Position numbers and translations under genes: made by a program
Shown here: one piece after another, positions 51,404 through 59,744 of the stretch
How the letters are laid out: every line of letters starts with the position of its first letter
How positions within the stretch are numbered: position 1 is the first letter of the stretch
From: an uncultured delta proteobacterium
GTDB taxonomy: Bacteria > Desulfobacterota > Zymogenia > Zymogenales > Zymogenaceae
Length of the DNA stretch: 64,000 bases
Direction: 5' to 3'
NCBI GenBank assembly: GCA_963735595.1
Contig: CAVTLK010000004.1
Location: 416,001 to 480,000 of the forward strand
The notes under the pieces: generated by a model
Told to the model about the DNA's origin: nothing
What the model saw: the letters and a program-made list of their open reading frames with translations, nothing else
Databases searched by the model: none

Positions 51404-51898
51404 TTATCGAAGGATGCAGGGCTCCGGCCTCTCGGGTGAGAGCGTCCCATCGTAAAGCAGGTGTGTCACGGCCCCTCCCATCATCACCACCGCCGCTGCG
51501 ATAAGGTGCTTACGGTGGCACCGGTCCGGATCCCGTTCCGCGCACATCACGGCGCAGCGCTTCGATAAAGATAGCTCCCAAAGCCGCCGTAACCCCTCAC
51601 GAAATGACGCGCTTGCCGACGCCTCCACCCACGAGAGGGGAGGCCCTTTCGCGCGCCCTCCCGGACGGCCTCCCAGAAGATCCCCCAGGTAGCAGTATCC
51701 GATACGGGCCGACGCCAGGCTTTTTTCGAGCGCCGCCCTGTTGAACTGAGGCGCAAAACGCGAGAAGGGAACGCTCCTGACGTCAACGATCAGCTCGATC
51801 CCGGCCGCCCCGATAAGCTCGATAAAGCGGCCGATCGGGTGGTTGGAGTGTCCGACGGTATAGAGAACGGCCGCTGTCCGCCGGTTGCTATAATCCAT
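51404..51898 (-). CDS. DUF488 family protein
   Basis: LYTVGHSNH, DVRSVPFS, LGGR, MCAE.DP..CHR. Confidence 0.88.
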   Translation of the reverse strand: MDYSNRRTAAVLYTVGHSNHPIGRFIELIGAAGIELIVDVRSVPFSRFAPQFNRAALEKSLASARIGYCYLGDLLGGRPGGRAKGPPLSWVEASASASFREGLRRLWELSLSKRCAVMCAERDPDRCHRKHLIAAAVVMMGGAVTHLLYDGTLSPERPEPCILR

Positions 51899-52466
51899 CG
51901 TTAGCGTGTTTAATGACAAGGGAGCGAAACGATGTAAGCACGGTATCCCGGTAGGTTTCAAAGGACGCCGGGTCACAGCGAAAGACCAGGGTGACCCGGC
52001 TCTCGTCGGTGAAATAGTCCTGTATCCAGATATAGTCCGGTCCGAAGAGGGTGTTCTTCTCGGTGCCCCTTGCCAGGACCCTGACTCCCGACCATCCATC
52101 GAGATAGAGGTTTTCCTTCTCAACGAGTACGTAGTTTTCGCTCGAAAAGGCCCTCACATAGCCTCTCATTGCCTTATCGGCCCGATCCTCCGAAGAGCCG
52201 CTGCCGGAATACACCGAGAACGTGATTTTTGGGTTATGCTCCGTTGTCGGGGAAAAGGCCGTCGTGCCCCAGAAACCCCATCGAATCCACCCATTGGGCG
52301 GCATAAAGGACGCAACGCCGAGGGAATCGGTCACCAGACTACCGAGCGATACATCTCCGGCGTTCGCACGTGGGACGGCAGGAAGCAGAAAACATACGCA
52401 GACCACAACCGAAAGAATCATCAGGGGGGAACCAAACGGGGATCTCTTATCGATGCTACCGTTCAT
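51888..52466 (-). CDS. Hypothetical exported protein (possibly PsbP/DcrB-like fold)
   Basis: Hydrophobic N-terminal signal, F.PP.GW, C-terminal 'SFRSL' pattern; overlaps the DUF488 start. Confidence 0.6.
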   Translation of the reverse strand: MNGSIDKRSPFGSPLMILSVVVCVCFLLPAVPRANAGDVSLGSLVTDSLGVASFMPPNGWIRWGFWGTTAFSPTTEHNPKITFSVYSGSGSSEDRADKAMRGYVRAFSSENYVLVEKENLYLDGWSGVRVLARGTEKNTLFGPDYIWIQDYFTDESRVTLVFRCDPASFETYRDTVLTSFRSLVIKHANDGL

Positions 52467-52863
52467 AAATAGTCCCTATGGTATAATGGTTTTGCATTAT
52501 AGCACGATGGGTTTCGCAGGTGCGATCTTTATTTATGGGCCGGGTTTATTGACTTTATCGCGGCGGCGTGGTAGATTTCATTCAGGTAACAGCGTGGCGG
52601 CGGTATTGCCGCCGGTTTTACCCGTATTTTGCAGGGGTATGAGTCTACCGTTCCGCTCGCCTCATTTTTTTACGTCAACCTCAAAAGGATCAGGCTTATG
52701 ACCGCCGCACCGGCCTCCGATCCAGCGGATCGCGCCGATCGACGGACAGATACTCTGTTGTTCGGCCGGAACGGGGTATTTCGTGAGGGATTTTCCCGAG
52801 GTGATTGATCGGGACCGGCGGGTCATTATCCGTTTTTACGTATCGACGATGATTGGAAACAAT

Positions 52864-55410
52864 GTGAACGATCATGATATCGAGGGCTTTCTGTCCCGGG
52901 TGCTTCCGGTCGTGTCCAAGCCCGGCCGCTATATCGGTGGGGAGGTAAACTCGCGGGGTGGAACACCGTCCCCCGGTGATATCCGGGTATGCCTCGCCTT
53001 CCCCGAGGTCTACGAGATCGGGATGAGCCATCAGGGGACGGCGATTATCCTGGACATCCTCAACGGGATAGACGGGGTCTTTGCCGAGCGGGTATTTGCC
53101 GTATGGCCTGACATGGAAGCCGAGATGAGGCGGGCCGGCATTCCCCTCTTTTCACTGGAAACCAGGACCCCTCTTGACCGGTTTGACATCATCGGTTTTT
53201 CGCTGATGTACGAGATGACGTATACCAACGTGGTGGCGATGCTGACGCTTGCCGGCATACCGGTTCTCGCCGCCGATCGGGACGAGCGGTTTCCCCTGCT
53301 TATCGCCGGCGGCGCCTGCGCCTTCAACCCGGAGCCTGTGGCCGAAATCTTCGACGCCATCGTGGTCGGGGACGGCGAGGTGGCAATCGCCGAGATCGTG
53401 AGCGTCCTGCGGGAAATGCCCGGCGCGGCCGGGGACGACCTGCTGACCCGGCTTGCCGCGCTTTCCGGCGTCTATGTGCCCCGGTTCTACGAGCCGGCAT
53501 ACCGGGACGGCGTCTTCTGCGGGATGGGCCATAAAAAACCCGGCCCCCGAACGATCAAGAAACGGACGGTTGCCGACCTTAATGACGCGGCGGGCCCGGC
53601 AAAACCGATCATCCCCCATGTCCAGGCGGTCCACGACCGTATCAGCGTTGAGATCGCCCGGGGATGCCGCCGCGGGTGCCGGTTCTGCCAGGCGGGATAT
53701 ATCTACCGTCCCCTCCGGGAGCGGGACGCCGATACGATCGAACGGGTCGTCGAAGGCCGGCGGCGCGCCACGGGCATGAGGGACGTGTCGCTGCTCTCGC
53801 TGTCGTCGGGCGACTACTCGGATATCGAGCGCCTCATGGCCAACCTCATGGCATCGCTTTCGGAAAAGCGGGTTGCCCTCTCGGTGCCGTCTCTGAGGGT
53901 CGATACCCTGACCGACGAGATGATCGCCCAGATCAGGAGGGTCCGCAAGACCGGGTTTACCGTCGCCCCGGAGGCGGGCAGCGCGCGTCTTCGCGCCGTC
54001 ATCAACAAAAACATTTCCCAGGCCGAGATCGAGGCGACGGTCCAGCGCGTCTTTCGCGCCGGGTGGCGGCTCATCAAGCTCTATTTCATGATCGGGCTTC
54101 CCACCGAGACTGACGAGGACATCCATGAGATCGTCGACCTGGTCACGAACATCGAGCGGATTGCCCCGGGACGCGGCAGGACGACCCTGAACGTGAGCGT
54201 CTCGACATTTATCCCCAAGCCCCATACCCCCTTCCAGTGGGAGGGCATGACGCCCCGCGCGGAGATCGTGAGGCGCCAGGAGATACTTCGGGGGGGGCTG
54301 CGCTCCGGCCGCGTCGCCCTGAAGTTCCACGACTCCCGGATGAGCATGCTGGAAGCGGTCTTTTCCCGGGGCGACCGGAGGCTGCGGCCGGTGATCGTAC
54401 GCGCCGCCGAACTGGGCTGCCGGTTCGACGGCTGGACGGACCGCCTGCGCTTCGACCTGTGGGAGCGGGCCTTCGCGGATAGCGGGCTCACGATGGAGCA
54501 GTACACCGGGTGGGCCCCGGCCGTGGACGCGCCGATGCCCTGGGATCATATCGAGACCGGCGTGGGCCGGCAGTTTTTTGTCAAGGAGCGCGAGCGGGCG
54601 ATTGCGGCGGCCTCCGCGGCGCCATGCGTCAACGACAGGCTCCTCGACGCCGGTGCGTTAGGGCAGCATTCGGAGGGGGGGCATCCGGAAAACCAGCCTG
54701 CCGGCCCCGCGGCCGGGCCGCCCGGGGACGGTGGTGCGCCGGCGGCCGGCGACCGGCTCAAGTATCTCTTCTTTTATTCCCGGACGGGCATGGTGCGGTT
54801 TCTCTCGCACCTGGAAACCGCGTCTGCCCTGGAGCGGGCGCTGGCGCGGGCCGACGTCCCGGTCAACTTCTCGGAGGGTTTTCACCCCAAGCCCCGGATC
54901 AGCTTTTCGGGGGCGCTGGCGGTGGGGGTGGAGGCTCGCCGCGAACCGTTTGTGGTCGAGCTTTCCCGTCACATCGATACGGTTGACGTGGCCGGGCGGC
55001 TCAACAAGACGCTGCCGGAGGGCATCCTGATAGAATCGATCGTCGCGCCGTCGGATAGGCAGAGTAGCCGGGAGGCGAGGATGGCCGATTGTGCCTATCG
55101 GGTGGGTTTGCCCGAAAACGGGTATGCACCGGGTGAGTTGACGGCGCGCATCGCGTCTTTTTTGGACGGGGCCGAATGTTGGTACGAGGGGACCGTCAAG
55201 GGGCAGCGCAAGCGCATCAACGTCCGTCCTTATATCAGCGATATTACATACGACGCGTCTGACGGGATGATTATGGTGATGAGGCGAATAGGCGGCTCAT
55301 CGCCCAGCCCCTATCGGGTAATCTCGGCCCTGTTGGGGATAGCCGAGGAGCAGGCCCGATCGCTCATGGTGGTCAAGGAGCCGTTGGAGCCTGAAGCGGC
55401 GACGACCTGA
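52864..55410 (+). CDS. TIGR03960-type radical SAM protein fused to a TIGR03936-type (DUF2344) domain
   Basis: KPGRYIGGE, FPEVYEIGMSH, RGCRRGCRFCQAG, APEAG, PKPHTPFQW, PWDHI; C-terminal RFLSHLE, SEGFHPKP; start uncertain. Confidence 0.92.
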   Translation: MNDHDIEGFLSRVLPVVSKPGRYIGGEVNSRGGTPSPGDIRVCLAFPEVYEIGMSHQGTAIILDILNGIDGVFAERVFAVWPDMEAEMRRAGIPLFSLETRTPLDRFDIIGFSLMYEMTYTNVVAMLTLAGIPVLAADRDERFPLLIAGGACAFNPEPVAEIFDAIVVGDGEVAIAEIVSVLREMPGAAGDDLLTRLAALSGVYVPRFYEPAYRDGVFCGMGHKKPGPRTIKKRTVADLNDAAGPAKPIIPHVQAVHDRISVEIARGCRRGCRFCQAGYIYRPLRERDADTIERVVEGRRRATGMRDVSLLSLSSGDYSDIERLMANLMASLSEKRVALSVPSLRVDTLTDEMIAQIRRVRKTGFTVAPEAGSARLRAVINKNISQAEIEATVQRVFRAGWRLIKLYFMIGLPTETDEDIHEIVDLVTNIERIAPGRGRTTLNVSVSTFIPKPHTPFQWEGMTPRAEIVRRQEILRGGLRSGRVALKFHDSRMSMLEAVFSRGDRRLRPVIVRAAELGCRFDGWTDRLRFDLWERAFADSGLTMEQYTGWAPAVDAPMPWDHIETGVGRQFFVKERERAIAAASAAPCVNDRLLDAGALGQHSEGGHPENQPAGPAAGPPGDGGAPAAGDRLKYLFFYSRTGMVRFLSHLETASALERALARADVPVNFSEGFHPKPRISFSGALAVGVEARREPFVVELSRHIDTVDVAGRLNKTLPEGILIESIVAPSDRQSSREARMADCAYRVGLPENGYAPGELTARIASFLDGAECWYEGTVKGQRKRINVRPYISDITYDASDGMIMVMRRIGGSSPSPYRVISALLGIAEEQARSLMVVKEPLEPEAATT

Positions 55411-55444
55411 TCGGGCGCCTGCCGGGCGCCGATTTGAGAGGAAT

Positions 55445-56950
55445 ATGGTAAAAGAGATCATTATCAATGCCCATCCCTGGGAAACACGGGCCGCCCTGCT
55501 CGATAACGGGGTGCTGTCCGAGTTTTACCTCGAAAGGCCCAAGGACCTGGGAGTCTCGGGCAATATCTACAAGGGAAAGGTTATCAGGGTAATGCCCGGC
55601 ATGGAGGCGGCGTTCGTCGATATCGGGCTGGAGAAGGCGGCCTTCCTCTATGCCACCGACTTCCTGGACGAGATCGACGAGATGGAGAGCCTGCTGGACA
55701 AAGTCAGCCCCGATTACTTCGAAGGCCTTGAGCAGCCCTACTCGGTCCCCGCGGCCGGCACCGTCGAGATGATGAAGCGGGGCCAGGAAGTGCTCGTGCA
55801 GGTGGCCCGGGAGCCGATCGGCTCCAAGGGCGCGCGCATCACCTCCCATATCTCGTTGCCGGGCAAATACCTGGTGCTGCTGACCATGATGGACCGGGTG
55901 GGCGTATCCCGCCGCATCGAGGATGAGCCCGAGCGAAAGCGCCTCAAACAAATCGTCGAGCAGGTGAAACCTCCCGGAGCGGGCTTCATCGTGCGCACCG
56001 CCGGACAGGGGATGAGCGAGAACGAGATCAAAGAGGACCTCGAGTTTCTCATGAAACTCTCCCGCTCGATCCTGGCCAAGAAGGAGCGGTCCGGCGCCCC
56101 GGTTCTCATCCACCGGGAGCTGGACCTGGGCCTGCGCATGGTCAGGGACCTGCTTACCCAGGACGTCGATGCGCTGATTGTCGATTCCGAGTCCGAGTAC
56201 CACCGGCTCCTGGAATTTGCCGAGTCGTTTCTGCCGCGGGTCGCGGGCTCGATCCGGCGCTACGAGCGCCCCGTGCCGATATTCGAGCACTACGGCCTGG
56301 AGATGGAGATAAAACGTGCGCTGGGCAAGAAGGTCTGGCTCAAGTCGGGCGGTTCTATCGTCATCGAGGGTACCGAGGCGCTGACGGCCGTGGACGTGAA
56401 CACGGGAAAATTCGTCGGGAAGCGGGACCTCGAAGATACGATCCTGCGAACAAACATGGAGGCCGTCCGCGAGATCGCCTACCAGCTGAGGCTTCGCAAC
56501 ATCGGGGGATTGGTAATCATTGACTTTATCGATATGGAGCGGGCCGAGAACCGGGAAAAGGTCTACAACGCGCTGGAAGAGGCGATGAAGGCCGACACGA
56601 AGAAGACCAACATCCTCAAGATATCGGAGCTGGGCATCGTGGAGATGACCCGCAAGCGCACCCGCGAAAACCTCACCCAGGCGCTGGCCGACCCGTGCCC
56701 CTACTGCGACGGCCACGGCTTCTTGAAATCAAAACGCACCGTCTGCTACGAAATCTTCCGGGACCTGATAAAAGGGGCAGGCGCAAAACATGAAAAAGCC
56801 ACGGTGCAGGTGAACCCGGACGTGGCCTCGCTCCTGTATGACGAGGAGCGGGTGTGGCTCGACGACATCGAGGAGCGGTTCGGTATCCGCGTTGCGGTGC
56901 GCGCCGCGCCGCAGTTCCATATCGAGGAGTATGAGATCGGGTGGGGGTAG
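55445..56950 (+). CDS. rng: Ribonuclease G (Rne/Rng family)
   Basis: GNIYKGKV..V.PGMEAAFVDIG, DVNTG, LRNIGG..IIDFIDM, EMTRKR, CPYCDG.G. Confidence 0.95.
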   Translation: MVKEIIINAHPWETRAALLDNGVLSEFYLERPKDLGVSGNIYKGKVIRVMPGMEAAFVDIGLEKAAFLYATDFLDEIDEMESLLDKVSPDYFEGLEQPYSVPAAGTVEMMKRGQEVLVQVAREPIGSKGARITSHISLPGKYLVLLTMMDRVGVSRRIEDEPERKRLKQIVEQVKPPGAGFIVRTAGQGMSENEIKEDLEFLMKLSRSILAKKERSGAPVLIHRELDLGLRMVRDLLTQDVDALIVDSESEYHRLLEFAESFLPRVAGSIRRYERPVPIFEHYGLEMEIKRALGKKVWLKSGGSIVIEGTEALTAVDVNTGKFVGKRDLEDTILRTNMEAVREIAYQLRLRNIGGLVIIDFIDMERAENREKVYNALEEAMKADTKKTNILKISELGIVEMTRKRTRENLTQALADPCPYCDGHGFLKSKRTVCYEIFRDLIKGAGAKHEKATVQVNPDVASLLYDEERVWLDDIEERFGIRVAVRAAPQFHIEEYEIGWG

Positions 56951-56971
56951 GGGAATTTTAAGTAAATCCAT

Positions 56972-57019
56972 ATACAATTTGTAGTGGATACCTAATAAGA
57001 TAAACACCATATATGGTGT
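56972..57019. promoter_or_regulatory. Tandem NrdR-box-like operators
   Basis: ATACAATTTGTAGTGG (56972-56987) and the perfect palindrome ACACCATATATGGTGT (57004-57019), starts 32 bp apart; NrdR consensus acaCwAtATaTwGtgt. Confidence 0.7.
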
Positions 57020-57025
57020 TTTTTC

Positions 57026-57054
57026 TTGACTTTCTAGTTCTTTTATGCTAATAT
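57026..57054 (+). promoter_or_regulatory. Sigma70 promoter of the CBASS operon
   Basis: TTGACT-17 bp-TAATAT with extended -10 TG. Confidence 0.75.
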
Positions 57055-57093
57055 AGCGATATTTAATCGAACCTATTGTTTTAGGCTATAAGG

Positions 57094-58617
57094 ATGGCAC
57101 TTCAAGTAATTCCAAGAATTGCTGGCGATGATTTTCAAGCTCGATGGTTTTGGTTTCAAGCTTGCCGACTATTTTCTATTTATAAGACCGTCGATACCGT
57201 AATCTTCGAATCAAAGGAACATGGGGGCTTCGATGATGTGGTGGTGAAGTATAGCCGGCCAATACCTGACGGAAGAGGTAACACCATAAATGCTGATTGT
57301 TATCAAATAAAATTTCATGTTAACCATGCCGGTTCTTTCACATGCGATAAGTTAAAAGACCCAAGTTTTATCGGGAGTAGTAAGGATTCAATTCTTCATA
57401 GACTTAGAGATGCTTACTTAGGAACACTCGGTAAAGAGAAATGCCTGTTTAACATAATCTCATCATGGCCGATAGATCCTAATGATTCACTTGCTACGCT
57501 TGTTGATCAGTATGATAATAAACTTAGGTTAGATGAGGTTCTATTTAATCCTAAGAAGATCCATTTCGTGGGTATTAAGGATGACTGGAAACGAGTTCTT
57601 GGCGTTGCCAATGAAGGTGATTTATACAAGATATTAAGTCAGCTCAGGATAGATACATGGCCGCCTAACCTAAAACTATTTCAAGAAGTTCTTAATACGA
57701 AATTAGAAAACGTAGGGCTACTACCTATAAGCGATGCTTCTATCGGAAGTCTTTATGACGATCTAATTTGGAAACTATACCGTAATGGACTTAATACGTT
57801 CCGGCAGGGCGATATTATAGAAATTGCCAAGAACGAGGGGTTATGGGTAGGAAATAGAATATCGAGCGAAACGAAGTTACGTTTAGGTATTCGTAGTTTT
57901 CATAAATGGGCCGAGTATTTGGAGGATGATACTAGTTCTCTCCTCTGTCTTCTGAAATACTTCGATAATAGAAAACTTAAGAAAGAATATGCATGGACTA
58001 AACACATTATACCAGAGGTCAAAGGTTTCTTGGAATCTTCCCTGAAGGACGAGAATTCTTGTGAACTCATCCTGGATGCTCATTCTTCGATCGCTTTTCT
58101 CGCGGGTTATATATTAAACTCCAAGTCTGGCAAGAAAGTGACGATTAGACAGAAAACGATAAAAGGTGGTATTGAGTTTTGGTCTGGTAGTGAAATAGAA
58201 AATAGCGATAAAAGCGAATGGTGCTGCGAAACGATCGAGAGGGATTCCGGGAAAGCTGACTTAGCCGTAGCTATCAGTATATCTAATAACACTATTGGGG
58301 ATGTGGACGACTTTGTCGGACGCTCATTGCCCGTTGGGAAGATTCTTCATTTAAAGCTTCTGTCCGGGACAAGTCAGGTAGCGATTAAAAACGGTGCCCA
58401 TGCTTTACACTTGGCACAAGACGCAATAAGATTGATCAGAGAACATTACGCGAGAAAAGGGGATAGTACTCGTGTCCATTTTTTCATTTCCGCACCTAAT
58501 GGTTTTACTTTTTTCTTTGGGCAAGCGTCTCACGTATTAGGGAAACTGGTCCTTTACGAGTATGATTTTTCGTCGGGGGTATTGGGTTCCTATGAACCAG
58601 CAGTAGTACTGCCGTAA
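57094..58617 (+). CDS. cap4: CBASS effector: PD-(D/E)xK-like endonuclease fused to a SAVED domain (Cap4-like)
   Basis: N-terminal GDDFQ...FDDVVV...YQIKFH nuclease motif; C-terminal AHSSIAFLAG, VTIRQ, LAVAISIS, VHFFISAPNGFTFFFGQ, LYEYD..YEP typical of SAVED. Confidence 0.88.
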   Translation: MALQVIPRIAGDDFQARWFWFQACRLFSIYKTVDTVIFESKEHGGFDDVVVKYSRPIPDGRGNTINADCYQIKFHVNHAGSFTCDKLKDPSFIGSSKDSILHRLRDAYLGTLGKEKCLFNIISSWPIDPNDSLATLVDQYDNKLRLDEVLFNPKKIHFVGIKDDWKRVLGVANEGDLYKILSQLRIDTWPPNLKLFQEVLNTKLENVGLLPISDASIGSLYDDLIWKLYRNGLNTFRQGDIIEIAKNEGLWVGNRISSETKLRLGIRSFHKWAEYLEDDTSSLLCLLKYFDNRKLKKEYAWTKHIIPEVKGFLESSLKDENSCELILDAHSSIAFLAGYILNSKSGKKVTIRQKTIKGGIEFWSGSEIENSDKSEWCCETIERDSGKADLAVAISISNNTIGDVDDFVGRSLPVGKILHLKLLSGTSQVAIKNGAHALHLAQDAIRLIREHYARKGDSTRVHFFISAPNGFTFFFGQASHVLGKLVLYEYDFSSGVLGSYEPAVVLP

Positions 58618-58638
58618 GATTAGGGGAGGATATTATTT

Positions 58639-59679
58639 ATGGATCTACCAACCTACTTTAAGGATTTCTTGTCAAATATACGTCTTACAGATTCTCAGAC
58701 TGAAGAACTGAAAAAAGGACACGAACTTCTCAGAAATCGACTTCAAGAGTACGATGAGATATCTAGAACCGTTATCACAACTTTCTTGCAAGGTAGTTAT
58801 AGGAGAGGTACGTCAATTCGCCCCAAACCAGAATCTCTCGCTGATGTCGATGTGGTAGTCGTGACAAACATAGATAAAGGGTCCGTAACACCGGGAGATG
58901 CTCTAAAGCTATTTATGCCTTTCTTAGACAAATACTATAAGGGAAAATATGAAATTCAGGGTCGTTCCATCGGAATCGATATGAGTAAGATATCTTTGGA
59001 TCTTGTGCCTACGACGAGTATGGCTAGTAGAACGACACTAGAGTCCGGCTTTTTTAGGTCAGATAAAACGATTGAAGACTACGAATTTAAAAGACTCGGT
59101 TCCTCATTACCGCTCTTCATTCCGAATCGAGAAGTGGATAGATGGGAGGAAACGGATCCAATAGCACAAATTGACTGGACTATTGATAAAAACGCGAATT
59201 GTAATGGCCATTACGTTAATGTAGTTAAGGCCCTTAAATGGTGGCGTCAGGAAAAACAGTCGAAGCCAAAATATCCCAAAAGCTATCCATTAGAACACCT
59301 TATTGGCCAGTGCTGTCCTGACGGCATTAAGAGCGTTGCCGAAGGGGTAACTAAGTCGTTGGAGGGAATTAAAGATAAATTCGCTGCTGCCGCCCAGCAA
59401 AAAACAACCCCGTTTATTCCAGACCATGGGGTTCCAAGTCATAACGTTTTAGGGCGTGTTTCCGGTGAAGATTTCTCGGCTTTTCATACTCATGTTGGTA
59501 ATGCCGCATCTTTATCAAGAAAAGCGTTCGATTCTGCTGATCTAGAAGAAAGCTTAGAACTATGGGGACAACTGTTCGGAGATAATTTTCCCGATTCAGG
59601 TAATGGCGGTGATAAAGGCGGTGGCTATACAGAACGGAAAAAGAGTACAAATATAGGGGGGAGTCGCTGGGGGAAATAG
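58639..59679 (+). CDS. CBASS cGAS/DncV-like nucleotidyltransferase (CD-NTase, SMODS)
   Basis: FLQGSYRRGTSIRP...DVDVVVV, DLVP, W..TDP, VKALKWW, PKSY.LE; flexible Gly-rich tail. Confidence 0.92.
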   Translation: MDLPTYFKDFLSNIRLTDSQTEELKKGHELLRNRLQEYDEISRTVITTFLQGSYRRGTSIRPKPESLADVDVVVVTNIDKGSVTPGDALKLFMPFLDKYYKGKYEIQGRSIGIDMSKISLDLVPTTSMASRTTLESGFFRSDKTIEDYEFKRLGSSLPLFIPNREVDRWEETDPIAQIDWTIDKNANCNGHYVNVVKALKWWRQEKQSKPKYPKSYPLEHLIGQCCPDGIKSVAEGVTKSLEGIKDKFAAAAQQKTTPFIPDHGVPSHNVLGRVSGEDFSAFHTHVGNAASLSRKAFDSADLEESLELWGQLFGDNFPDSGNGGDKGGGYTERKKSTNIGGSRWGK

Positions 59680-59744
59680 AATATAAGACTATAAGTAAAG
59701 AGCTCCTGGATGGCAGAAGAGCAATAGACGGCATATATGGAGCC

